DNA of 64,000 nt, from NCBI GenBank assembly GCA_964599395.1, contig CAZRDY010000002.1, positions 189,990-253,989 on the forward strand. The letters run 5' to 3'. Under the pieces are notes generated by a model. That model saw only the letters and a list, made by a program, of their open reading frames with translations, did no database searches and was not told where the DNA came from. The position numbers were made by a program, and so were the translations under genes. Positions within the stretch are counted from its first letter, which is position 1. The number at the start of each line of letters is the position of its first letter. Shown here piece by piece: positions 19,081 through 27,972 of this stretch. Source of the stretch: an uncultured Gammaproteobacteria bacterium (GTDB taxonomy: Bacteria > Patescibacteriota > Patescibacteriia > Patescibacteriales > Patescibacteriaceae).

Positions 19081-20337
19081 TTATTCGTATCGCAACGCTT
19101 CAATCGGATCTAACTTACTTGCTTTAGCCGCCGGGTATAAACCAAAAATTAAACCAACAGCAATTGAAACCGAAACCGCCACGATAATTGCCGTAAAGGA
19201 AAAGCCAAAAGGCCAGTCATAGCCAAGCTGTTGCGCAATCAACGCAATAATAACTGCAATAATTTCACCGACGATTATACCGATAATTCCTCCTGACAGT
19301 GTAATCGCTGCGGCTTCAGTTAAAAACTGCGCCATAATATCAAAACGCCGAGCCCCAACTGCTTGGCGCAAACCAATTTCTCGAGTGCGCTCAACAACAC
19401 GGATTAGCATAATATTCATAATCCCGATACCGCCAACCAAAAGTGACAACGCGGCCATGGCAGCAAGAAAAAAACTAAGTCCGCCGGTTACTGCGGTAAG
19501 CGTATCAATGGCGTCGCGAGAATTTTGAATGGTAAAATCATCACTTTTTCCGCTTGAATCTTTAATTTCATGGCGTTCGCGCAAAGTTCTTGCAACATCT
19601 TCCATTGTTTGATCGATGTTCTCTCCGTAATCAACTTTCACGCGTAAAAAGCCAAGATGGTTAACTCCTAAAATTAATTTTTGCAATGTTGTTATCGGCA
19701 ATATGACTTGATCATCCGGATTTTGGAAGGCGACTGTCCCCCGCTCTTTCATTACACCAATAACAGTCAACGCGGTATTTTTTAAACGGATGGTCTGGCC
19801 GACAGCTTCATTTTGTCCAAACAATTCATCCTTTACCGTAGAGCCCAACACTACAACTCGAGCCGTCGCATCAACTTCATCGCTACTGAAAAATCTACCT
19901 GATTCAAGTTCACCGCCTTCGACTTCAATATAATCAGCGCTTGTTCCGAAAAATGTCGTATCATAACTTTGGCTACGCCAACTGGCTGCGCCCGCTCCTT
20001 GACTAACCGGTTCGATTGCAACGGCATGCGGAACATTGTTTTTTTGACCTAATGCTATAGCATCATCTAAAGTCAGAGTGGTAATCGTAACGCCAAACAC
20101 TGCAGCAGGCGGCCCGTTATCTTCAGATTTGCCCGGCAACACACCGACCAAATTTGAACCAAAACTTTCAAATTGTGACAAGATTAAAGACTGAGCGCCT
20201 GAGCCGATTGCCATGATGATAATAACCGCCGCGACACCGATAATAATACCGAGCATCGTTAAAATACTGCGACGACGTGCCGCATTAAGAGCGCGAAAAG
20301 CTCCCGAAATAAGGTTGTAATAATAATCTTTTCTCAT
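19081..20337 (-). CDS. ABC transporter permease, MacB/FtsX type (paralog 1)
   Basis: 418 aa with the same architecture; ends [11 protein letters not shown]. Confidence 0.85.
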   Translation of the reverse strand: MRKDYYYNLISGAFRALNAARRRSILTMLGIIIGVAAVIIIMAIGSGAQSLILSQFESFGSNLVGVLPGKSEDNGPPAAVFGVTITTLTLDDAIALGQKNNVPHAVAIEPVSQGAGAASWRSQSYDTTFFGTSADYIEVEGGELESGRFFSSDEVDATARVVVLGSTVKDELFGQNEAVGQTIRLKNTALTVIGVMKERGTVAFQNPDDQVILPITTLQKLILGVNHLGFLRVKVDYGENIDQTMEDVARTLRERHEIKDSSGKSDDFTIQNSRDAIDTLTAVTGGLSFFLAAMAALSLLVGGIGIMNIMLIRVVERTREIGLRQAVGARRFDIMAQFLTEAAAITLSGGIIGIIVGEIIAVIIALIAQQLGYDWPFGFSFTAIIVAVSVSIAVGLIFGLYPAAKASKLDPIEALRYE

Positions 20338-20339
20338 TG

Positions 20340-21056
20340 CTATTTCAGCAAAGCGTCTTCTGTGGCAAAACGCCGATGCGCTACGGGTTTATCAGAAATA
20401 ATCATTCCGTCCTTCATACTGATAATTCGTTTGGCATGTTCTGATGTATACGTTTCATGCGTGACGAGAATGACAGTATGTCCCTCGTCATTGAGTTTTT
20501 GTAAAATACCCATAACCTGCACGCCTGATTTTGAATCAAGATTACCAGTCGGTTCATCAGCAAAAATAACCGAGGGGTTATTGATTAACGCGCGCGCAAT
20601 GGCAACACGCTGTTTTTCACCACCGGAAATTTGATTAGTAAAATAATGAAGTCTGTGACCGAGCCCAACTTGTCCTAGGACTTTTTCAGCTAACTTACTC
20701 GGATTTTCTACTAAATCAGAAGAATAGAGCAGAGGCATTTTCACATTTTCAAGCACACTCGTACGCGGCAATAAATTAAAAGACTGAAAAACAAAACCAA
20801 TTTTTTTATTCCTAAAAGCCGCCAACTCATCGTCAGACATTGAACCGACTTCGCGACCATCAAATTCATAAGAACCGCTTGTCGCGCGATCTAAAAATCC
20901 AAGAATGTGCATGAGTGTTGATTTGCCTGAACCTGAAGGGCCCATGATTGAAACAAATTCCCCGGACTCTATAGTAAAGGAAAGGCCGTGCAATACTGAT
21001 GTCACGACCTCCTCATTTATATAATCTTTCTTTAAATCTTGTATGCGAATTAACAT
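20340..21056 (-). CDS. ABC transporter ATP-binding protein (MacB/LolD-like)
   Basis: Walker [10 protein letters not shown], signature [15 protein letters not shown], Walker [13 protein letters not shown]. Confidence 0.9.
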   Translation of the reverse strand: MLIRIQDLKKDYINEEVVTSVLHGLSFTIESGEFVSIMGPSGSGKSTLMHILGFLDRATSGSYEFDGREVGSMSDDELAAFRNKKIGFVFQSFNLLPRTSVLENVKMPLLYSSDLVENPSKLAEKVLGQVGLGHRLHYFTNQISGGEKQRVAIARALINNPSVIFADEPTGNLDSKSGVQVMGILQKLNDEGHTVILVTHETYTSEHAKRIISMKDGMIISDKPVAHRRFATEDALLK

Positions 21057-22927
21057 TATTTTTTATTCGGATCTTTGATAAAGGTTACAACTTTGTTTCC
21101 CTCGTTGACACCGCTTACTACTTCAACCATGCCGTCATCTCCGCTCAGGCCAATCTGTATTTCAGCTTCACGAACAACTTCATTTTCTAAAATACGCACA
21201 ATTGTTTTTCCGTCTTTCTCAACTACGGCTCTAGCTGGCATGATAAGAATATTCTCTCGCTTATTAGTCATGATGACAGCGCTTGCTGTCATGCCCGGTT
21301 TTACCGCTGATTGCCCAGTCGGATCAAAACTTATCTTAACTTTATAATAAGTTACGCCTTGAATAATCGTAGCAGCCGGTTCAATAAAATATACTTTACC
21401 AGTAAATTTAATATCTGGGCCCAACGCATCAAGAGTAATTTCCGCTGAATCGTTTAATTTTAATTTAGCAATATCTGTTTCTGAAATATCAACTTCGATT
21501 TGATAATTGTTTTCAGTTAAAACTGAAACAAGAGCTTTACTTGGTGTTACCTGCTCCCCTATTTCATAATTTATTTTAGTAATAACTCCTTTAATTGGGG
21601 ACTTTAACGAGTTGTCAGCAATTTGATTTCGCACCGCTGAAAGATTGGCGCTTGCTTGTCCGATTTGCGCACGAGCGACATTAGCAGCCGATGAGGCATT
21701 ATCAACACGTGATTGAGCCAAACCGATTTGCTGATCCCTATTAGTCTTTGCTGTATTTACGGCGTTACGCGCTGTAATCAAACCATTATTATAATTTACT
21801 TGAGCTTGATTCAAACTTTGCTGAGCTGACAAGACATTAGTATCGTAAGACAAGCGTGCGTCATCATAGGCTTGCTTGGAACTTTGTATTGTATTGATAG
21901 CCGTCGATATTGTTGAAGTTTGCGCGTCAATGGTTGCTTTTGCGGCGTCCAATTCTGCTTGCGTATAATTTGAATTAGCAATTGAATTTTCTAATGCGCT
22001 AAAAGTAAGACTGAGTGTTTCGGAAGTTTTGCTTAATACTGACTGAGATGCGACATACGCGGCAACTACGTTCTCGTAACTACGATTATTCTTTGAGTAA
22101 GTCGCCTTGCCCGAAGCAGAGCTTAATAATATTCTGGATTGTTCATAAGCCGTATTCAAGGCAGAAACAATGGAAGAGTTTTGAATACTGAAGGTGGGTC
22201 TTAAATCCGGATCAGTTTTGATTCTATTAATTGCATCGAGTGCCGTAGTCGCATTTGCGATTTTATTTTCAAGCGTCTGCTGCAAAGATTCATACTTATT
22301 ATCTATGCCGCGCTGATATGTTGTAGTTGTCGAAGCGAGTGAGGCTTGCGCTGTTGCTATTGCTTGTTCATATGTTGTCACTGTCGCAGCTCCTTTATCT
22401 TCAAGATCAGCTTTGGTTTTTTCAGCTTGACGCAAGGTTTCAGTTAAACTTGCAACTGTCTTATCATATTCTCTCTTGGCTGACTCATACGACGCAGTGG
22501 CCTGCTGTGCTGATGCTTGAGACACATTTAAACTGGCTTGAGCTTCTGTCTCTTTTATAGCAAGGCCGCTCAAATCAATTTGTGCCAATACTTGGTCCGG
22601 AACAACCTGATCGCCCACCTTAATATTGAGCTTTGCCAATTGACCTGAACTCATGAAATTTAATTCAATTTCTTTTGCCGGAGTAATAGTTCCTGTTTCG
22701 CTTACACTCTGAATGAGCGTTCCGCGTTGTACGTCAGCAGTTGTATATTCAATATTACTCTTTCCTTTGCTTGAAAAGTATCCTGCTGCCCCAAGGAGCA
22801 ATACAACACCTACAGCAATCAATATATTGCGTTTTTTAGTAGTCATAATAATTATTATACTTTTAGTATAACTCATTTTAGCAAAAAAGTCCAATGTTTT
22901 AATTAAAAAAGGGTTGCCCGAGGACAT
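21056..22927 (-). CDS. HlyD/MacA-family membrane-fusion (periplasmic adaptor) protein with very long coiled-coil hairpin
   Basis: TM anchor ILIAVGVVLLLGAAGYF, lipoyl-like halves (LAKLNIKVGDQV / SPIKGVITKINYEIGEQV) and a beta-barrel C-terminus. About 320 aa of A/S/T/Q-rich helix lie between the lipoyl halves. Start is uncertain (ATG 22927, 22876 or 22846). Confidence 0.8.
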   Translation of the reverse strand: MSSGNPFLIKTLDFFAKMSYTKSIIIIMTTKKRNILIAVGVVLLLGAAGYFSSKGKSNIEYTTADVQRGTLIQSVSETGTITPAKEIELNFMSSGQLAKLNIKVGDQVVPDQVLAQIDLSGLAIKETEAQASLNVSQASAQQATASYESAKREYDKTVASLTETLRQAEKTKADLEDKGAATVTTYEQAIATAQASLASTTTTYQRGIDNKYESLQQTLENKIANATTALDAINRIKTDPDLRPTFSIQNSSIVSALNTAYEQSRILLSSASGKATYSKNNRSYENVVAAYVASQSVLSKTSETLSLTFSALENSIANSNYTQAELDAAKATIDAQTSTISTAINTIQSSKQAYDDARLSYDTNVLSAQQSLNQAQVNYNNGLITARNAVNTAKTNRDQQIGLAQSRVDNASSAANVARAQIGQASANLSAVRNQIADNSLKSPIKGVITKINYEIGEQVTPSKALVSVLTENNYQIEVDISETDIAKLKLNDSAEITLDALGPDIKFTGKVYFIEPAATIIQGVTYYKVKISFDPTGQSAVKPGMTASAVIMTNKRENILIMPARAVVEKDGKTIVRILENEVVREAEIQIGLSGDDGMVEVVSGVNEGNKVVTFIKDPNKK

Positions 22928-22950
22928 CCCTTTTTATAAAACTACTGATT

Positions 22951-23181
22951 TTAATAATTCTTTTCACTGCTTTCAAGGTACTTTAATTGCGGAACAACAT
23001 CAGATTCTCCGCCATTACGAAATTTCTGTACAATCGCAGAGCAAAAAATTGCCGCAGTGCCTGCAAAAAATATAATACAGCCAGCTGTCATATAGCCAGG
23101 CTCCTTACTTAAAAGAAGGCCAGTCCCTAAAGCCACGGCTCCAACACCTATAATCATGAGAATAATGAGAAAATTTTTCAT
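22951..23181 (-). CDS. Small 2-TM membrane protein leading the ABC exporter operon
   Basis: 76-aa ORF with SD AAGGAG about 8 nt before ATG 23181. Confidence 0.55.
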   Translation of the reverse strand: MKNFLIILMIIGVGAVALGTGLLLSKEPGYMTAGCIIFFAGTAAIFCSAIVQKFRNGGESDVVPQLKYLESSEKNY

Positions 23182-23257
23182 TAAAAGAGCTCCTTTTTAA
23201 AAAAGTTAGAAACAAAATTTTTTATAAATTAACACATTATACTAATAAAGTCAAGGG

Positions 23258-24199
23258 CTAAAAACCGAGACGCTGTACTTCTTCGTCAAGCTCTATTTTA
23301 AAATGATATTTTACTTTTTCCTTAACTATCGCAATAATGGCTGCGACATCCTCAGATTTAGCATTTTTTGCATTTACAATAAAATTGGCGTGTTGTTCGC
23401 TGATTTTTGCTCCACCATTTGATAATCCCTTTAAGCCCAGACTCTGTACAAGATATCCAGCGCCGATCTTCCCTCCTCTTACTTTATTGTCAGCTACAGC
23501 TTGCTCATACAATTCTTTGTTTTGCTTTTCAACGTCAGCTGCAAATAAATTTTTAAAAATGCAACCGGCGCTCGGTTCTTTGGGCTGTGAATTCTTTCGG
23601 TAATCACGATATTCATCCATTGCTTGTTTCATCGTGTTTAGGTCCCCTGCCGACAAACTCAAATGAATTTCCCAAATGATATAGTGGGGCTCAAGTTTAA
23701 AACGACTAGTTCTGTACGTAAACGCGCATTCTTCTTTCGCAAAAGAATGCCAGGAAAAATTTTCAGCATCAAAGACAACAACTCGATCAACGACTTTATC
23801 AAAACTTCCTCCGTGTGCACCGGCGTTGCCGCGGATTGCACCGCCCACTGAACCCGGAATTCCGATTGACCATTCAATACCTGATAATGATTTGTCAAAA
23901 GCAGCTTCAGCCAATTGCTTAACCTCAATACTTGTTCCACAAATGCACGCTTGTTCTGAAAATTCAAGAATGTGATTATGCGGTTTCACCACCAAACCTT
24001 TAACACCGGCATCGTTTATCAAAATATTACTACCTCCTCCCAAAACAGTGATTGGTACATTTTGTTCTTTTGCCCACGCAAAAGCCGCTTCAACTTCTTC
24101 TTTAGTTCTAAGCTCGGCAAAATACTCGGCGTTCCCCCCGATTTTAAAGGTAGACAAATCTGCCAATGGATAATTCTGTTTGAGTTGTTCGCTAAACAT
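23258..24199 (-). CDS. murB: UDP-N-acetylenolpyruvoylglucosamine reductase
   Basis: LADLSTFKIGGNAEYF, VLGGGSNIL, SAGCIFKN. ATG at 24199 overlaps the murC stop by 8 nt; the ORF-track start at 24244 is probably too long. Confidence 0.9.
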   Translation of the reverse strand: MFSEQLKQNYPLADLSTFKIGGNAEYFAELRTKEEVEAAFAWAKEQNVPITVLGGGSNILINDAGVKGLVVKPHNHILEFSEQACICGTSIEVKQLAEAAFDKSLSGIEWSIGIPGSVGGAIRGNAGAHGGSFDKVVDRVVVFDAENFSWHSFAKEECAFTYRTSRFKLEPHYIIWEIHLSLSAGDLNTMKQAMDEYRDYRKNSQPKEPSAGCIFKNLFAADVEKQNKELYEQAVADNKVRGGKIGAGYLVQSLGLKGLSNGGAKISEQHANFIVNAKNAKSEDVAAIIAIVKEKVKYHFKIELDEEVQRLGF

Positions 24200-25604
24200 C
24201 GTGTTTAAGTAGTGCTTCACCGATTCTAAATACATCTCCAGCACCCATTAATATGATTACATCGTTATCTCCTATACTGTTTTTAAGATATGATTCAACT
24301 TCCCCGAAGCTAGGAATATATCGTAGCTCTTTTTTGTCTCCCTGAAAAGCCTTGATCTTTTCAACTAATACCGCACTATCAATAACACCAGCTTGCTCCC
24401 TCGCTGAGGAATAAATATCTAAAATAATCACTTCATCGGCATTTTTAAAACTTTGGGCAAAATCATCAAGTAGCGCAGCTGTTCGGCTAAAGGTATGAGG
24501 ATGGAACACAACGCGGATTTTTTTCTTCGGCCATTTTTCTTTTGCAGCGGCTAAAGTAGCTTTTATTTCAGTTGGATGATGCGCGTAATCATCAATAATA
24601 ATCGCACCTTTGTATTCTCCCATCTTCTGCATGCGTCTTGACGTTCCGGTAAATTCTCCGACTGCTTTACGAATCAAATGCAAATCGCCGTTTAATTCGA
24701 TTGCTGCAATAATAACCGCAGTGGCGTTATGAACATTATGTTCGCCATTTAATAAAATAGAAAAGTCTCCAACATCAGAAATACCGTCTTCGTCTTTTAA
24801 TTGAAGTTTGAAAAATTGTTTTTGTCCGTCCCATGCAATATTTGAAATGATATAATCGCTGTCTTTGTTTTTTCCATAGCTCATTATTCTTCCTTTGCAA
24901 TACGCTGGAACAATTTTTTTAATTGTCTTATCGTCATAATTTGTTATCAATGTCCCGGACTTTGGCAATTTAAAAATAAATTCTACAAACGCTTGTTCGT
25001 ACGCCGCTAAGTCAGGAAAGAAATCCGGATGATCATAATCAATGTTATTTAAAAGAATCATTTTCGGATTAAAATATTTTAGTTTATTTTGATATTCATC
25101 AGCTTCGATAACTAAGGTGTTTGATTTTCCTACAAGTCCTGCGCCGTTAAATTGCGGTACGCCTGATCCAACCATAACATTAGGTTCTAGGCCGCATTCT
25201 TTTAAGACAAAACCGAGCCAGGCGCTCGTCGTTGTTTTTCCGTGCGAACCGCACACGGCCACTCCAAAACGAGAATTAAAAACCGCAGCTAAGGCTTCAA
25301 CAAAGGTTACGGTTTTTATTTGACTTTCCAATGCAGTTTTTACTTCAATACAATTTTCAGATGTAAAAGCCGAAGTATGAATAATCAAATCAAAGTCATT
25401 GCTGATATGTTCAGCGGCATAATCCTCATGAATATGAATTCCGGCATTTTTTAAAGCGATTGCGGCTTGGTCGGTAAGGTATGACCCTTTAATGTCACTA
25501 CCACTGACTTCAAGCCCTTCGTGCGCCAAAAACTCAGCCAACATGGTCATTCCCACGCCTTTGATGCCGATCATGTATATTTTTTTGATTTTAGAAAAAT
25601 CCAT
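24192..25604 (-). CDS. murC: UDP-N-acetylmuramate--L-alanine ligase
   Basis: IYMIGIKGVGMTMLAEFL, GSHGKTTTSAW, DDYAHHPTEI. Confidence 0.9.
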   Translation of the reverse strand: MDFSKIKKIYMIGIKGVGMTMLAEFLAHEGLEVSGSDIKGSYLTDQAAIALKNAGIHIHEDYAAEHISNDFDLIIHTSAFTSENCIEVKTALESQIKTVTFVEALAAVFNSRFGVAVCGSHGKTTTSAWLGFVLKECGLEPNVMVGSGVPQFNGAGLVGKSNTLVIEADEYQNKLKYFNPKMILLNNIDYDHPDFFPDLAAYEQAFVEFIFKLPKSGTLITNYDDKTIKKIVPAYCKGRIMSYGKNKDSDYIISNIAWDGQKQFFKLQLKDEDGISDVGDFSILLNGEHNVHNATAVIIAAIELNGDLHLIRKAVGEFTGTSRRMQKMGEYKGAIIIDDYAHHPTEIKATLAAAKEKWPKKKIRVVFHPHTFSRTAALLDDFAQSFKNADEVIILDIYSSAREQAGVIDSAVLVEKIKAFQGDKKELRYIPSFGEVESYLKNSIGDNDVIILMGAGDVFRIGEALLKHDV

Positions 25605-25624
25605 ATCTTTAGCCTAACAAAGAA

Positions 25625-25653
25625 TGCCCCGAAACACAAAAGGAATCGGGGCA
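25625..25653 (-). terminator. Hairpin terminator candidate after the 167-aa orphan gene
   Basis: TGCCCCGA-13 nt-TCGGGGCA (8-bp GC-rich stem). On the minus strand it is followed by a modestly T-rich tail (ATTCTTTGTT). Confidence 0.45.
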
Positions 25654-25688
25654 CGCTTACGCTCGTTTGTTGAGGCTAATTTGAGTCA

Positions 25689-26192
25689 TTACCGGGCCAC
25701 ATATGCGATATATGCATCAGGCCGTAATTGAACCTTAGTAGGAACATATACCCAATACCAATAAACTCCCTTTGGACATACGTTCGGCACTAACTTTAAC
25801 ATAACTATTTCTTTATCTTTGGGTGTATCAGAAGCGACAGGCACATAAATGGCGTGCTTTTGAAACAGATCAAAGCACGTTGGATTTTCATTCAGGGTCT
25901 GCCGTATCAATTTAGGCACGGCATACACTAAATGCGACTTGTCTTTTTTCTGCACCAAACCTATAAGATGATGGGCTACCACAGTTTCTGTAGAGGGTGC
26001 TATTTCCAAACTAGCCCTACCCCTGCATGGCAGTTTACGAAAATCAAAATATTTTGGAGCTGCGGCATCATTAGTATAACCGATATGCAATAAGCGTTTC
26101 GGATGGATTGTCGCATCAATGGAAAGTCCTGAACAAAGATTAATATTCTTGGCAAATAATGGTTCGCCAAGAAAGGCGGGAAATTGACTCAA
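25689..26192 (-). CDS. Hypothetical cytoplasmic protein (orphan)
   Basis: 167-aa ORF with a TTG start preceded by strong SD AGGAGGT. Own promoter and hairpin. No recognisable motif. Confidence 0.6.
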   Translation of the reverse strand: MSQFPAFLGEPLFAKNINLCSGLSIDATIHPKRLLHIGYTNDAAAPKYFDFRKLPCRGRASLEIAPSTETVVAHHLIGLVQKKDKSHLVYAVPKLIRQTLNENPTCFDLFQKHAIYVPVASDTPKDKEIVMLKLVPNVCPKGVYWYWVYVPTKVQLRPDAYIAYVAR

Positions 26193-26233
26193 GATTACCT
26201 CCTGTTTTTTTAATTTGAAGAACTATTTCTTTT

Positions 26234-26262
26234 GTTATAGTCTTCATTCTACATTTTGTCAA
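26234..26262 (-). promoter_or_regulatory. Near-consensus sigma70 promoter of the 167-aa orphan gene
   Basis: Minus strand reads TTGACA (26262-26257), a 17-nt spacer, then TATAAC (26239-26234). Confidence 0.55.
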
Positions 26263-26289
26263 CAAAAAAGCCCTTGATTCCAAGGGCTT
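26262..26289 (-). terminator. Intrinsic terminator of the 176-aa orphan gene
   Basis: AAGCCCTTG-gaat-CAAGGGCTT (9-bp stem) followed by TTTTTT on the minus strand. The T tract runs into the -35 of the next promoter. Confidence 0.7.
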
Positions 26290-26308
26290 AGCTGCTAAAA
26301 AAAGTTAT

Positions 26309-26839
26309 TTATTTTGAGAAACTCAACACATAATACTTTTTGGGATGATTTTTACCATTCCAACGAAACCAGCCTAATACCGGCTCTGTTTCATCATCTG
26401 TAAAAATTGAAACCAGATAAGAATCAGGGCCATTTTCATCGGCTGCGATGGGGTATAATTTCTTAACTTCATCAACGCCGATGAGCTGAAAATTTTCACC
26501 AATTATTTTTTCAAGCGGTGGAAGCATAGCGTACGCTGCTAAGGCTAAGCCATGTTCATTGGGTAAAATTTCTTTTTTCTGTTTGATGAAATCAATAATC
26601 TCCTGAAGTTCGGGCTTACCAATAACTTCATAAAAATTTGCTTTCAATTTAGCACCAACCACAATCTTCTTTGTCGGTTTAATAAATTCCTTACCAGATT
26701 TTTTCCATTTCTGAAAAAAATCCAAAAGCATGGACATCCAATTGATTGCTGCAATAACAGCATTCTTTGTTCTATCCATTAATTCTGGAGTTACAGTTAT
26801 GGGCTCGGTGGTGCAGACTAACTTTAATGAATTTTTCAT
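26309..26839 (-). CDS. Hypothetical cytoplasmic protein (orphan)
   Basis: 176-aa ORF with SD GAGGAGAG before ATG 26839. No recognisable motif. Confidence 0.6.
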   Translation of the reverse strand: MKNSLKLVCTTEPITVTPELMDRTKNAVIAAINWMSMLLDFFQKWKKSGKEFIKPTKKIVVGAKLKANFYEVIGKPELQEIIDFIKQKKEILPNEHGLALAAYAMLPPLEKIIGENFQLIGVDEVKKLYPIAADENGPDSYLVSIFTDDETEPVLGWFRWNGKNHPKKYYVLSFSK

Positions 26840-26901
26840 CTAACTCTCCTCTATTTTAATGTGCCACTTGTTGTTTTATTTTAACTATTTCCTTCTTCTT
26901 A

Positions 26902-27972
26902 TTACTTTTTTATAATTTTGTCAACAATCTCCACCATAGTTTCATTCGCATCTTGCTTCATCGCTTCTTTAATATTGTGAGATAATTCTTCGCGCTTAGT
27001 TTGATTGGAGTTTAGATCGCGTATTGTTGAAACAAAAGTTTCATTATCTAATTTTCTTTGATCAAGCACGATCGCCGCCTTGTGATGGGCAAAATAATTC
27101 GCGTTATCCTCTTGATGTGAATCAGGAATAGGAATAATGATGGTAGTTTTCCCTAAATATGACAACTCTGAAAGCGTACCGAGCCCGGCTCTCGTCACAA
27201 CAATATCAGCGTTAGCCATAGCTTTTGCCATATGAAAACTATCAAGTAAATCATATGATTGATAGCCGGGCAGATCTTCGCGCAAAACTGATCGTGTATC
27301 ATGCTTGCCGGTAATATGAACAATATCAACAAACTCAAGCAGTTGTTTAAGGTTATTGCTAATTAAATCATTAATAGATTGAGAACCTGTGCCTCCGCCC
27401 AAAACTAAAAGACACGGCTTAGTATGTGTTTCGGCGCGAGCAGCTTTTATCTGTTGTCTCATTGGATTACCGATCCATTGCGCTTTCTGACCATAATCAG
27501 TTAGGCTCTTTTCAAAGACGGTAGTAATCACCGTAGCAACAGGCGCCATTAATGTATTAGCGAGCCCCGGTCTAAAATCTTGCTGATGAATAAGAATTGG
27601 AATATCCAATAAACGTGCGGCCCAAATTAACGGTACACTAACAAAACCTCCGGCACTCATCACGATACGAGGTTTTAAAGAATGCAGTAGCGCCAATGAT
27701 TGGAAAAAACCAATCATAATATTTATCCAATCCAAAAAGTTCTGGACTGAAAAATATCTACGCAATTTGCCGGCGGCAATTGCGTGATATGTAAAAGGAT
27801 ATCCGCTGGTCAGTCGTTGTTCAATTCCTGAGTCTGTTCCAACCCAATGAAACGCATATCGTCCCCTTTGTCGTATCTCCATTTCTTCCGCAACTGCAAT
27901 CAAAGGCGTAACTGATCCGCCCGTACCACCGCCGCTTAAAATAATATTATTTTTTTGTTCGCTTGGATTCAT
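26902..27972 (-). CDS. murG: Lipid II synthase MurG (GT28)
   Basis: ILSGGGTGGSVTPLIAVAEE N-terminal G-loop and C-terminal TRAGLGTLSELSYLGKTTIIIP. Confidence 0.9.
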   Translation of the reverse strand: MNPSEQKNNIILSGGGTGGSVTPLIAVAEEMEIRQRGRYAFHWVGTDSGIEQRLTSGYPFTYHAIAAGKLRRYFSVQNFLDWINIMIGFFQSLALLHSLKPRIVMSAGGFVSVPLIWAARLLDIPILIHQQDFRPGLANTLMAPVATVITTVFEKSLTDYGQKAQWIGNPMRQQIKAARAETHTKPCLLVLGGGTGSQSINDLISNNLKQLLEFVDIVHITGKHDTRSVLREDLPGYQSYDLLDSFHMAKAMANADIVVTRAGLGTLSELSYLGKTTIIIPIPDSHQEDNANYFAHHKAAIVLDQRKLDNETFVSTIRDLNSNQTKREELSHNIKEAMKQDANETMVEIVDKIIKK

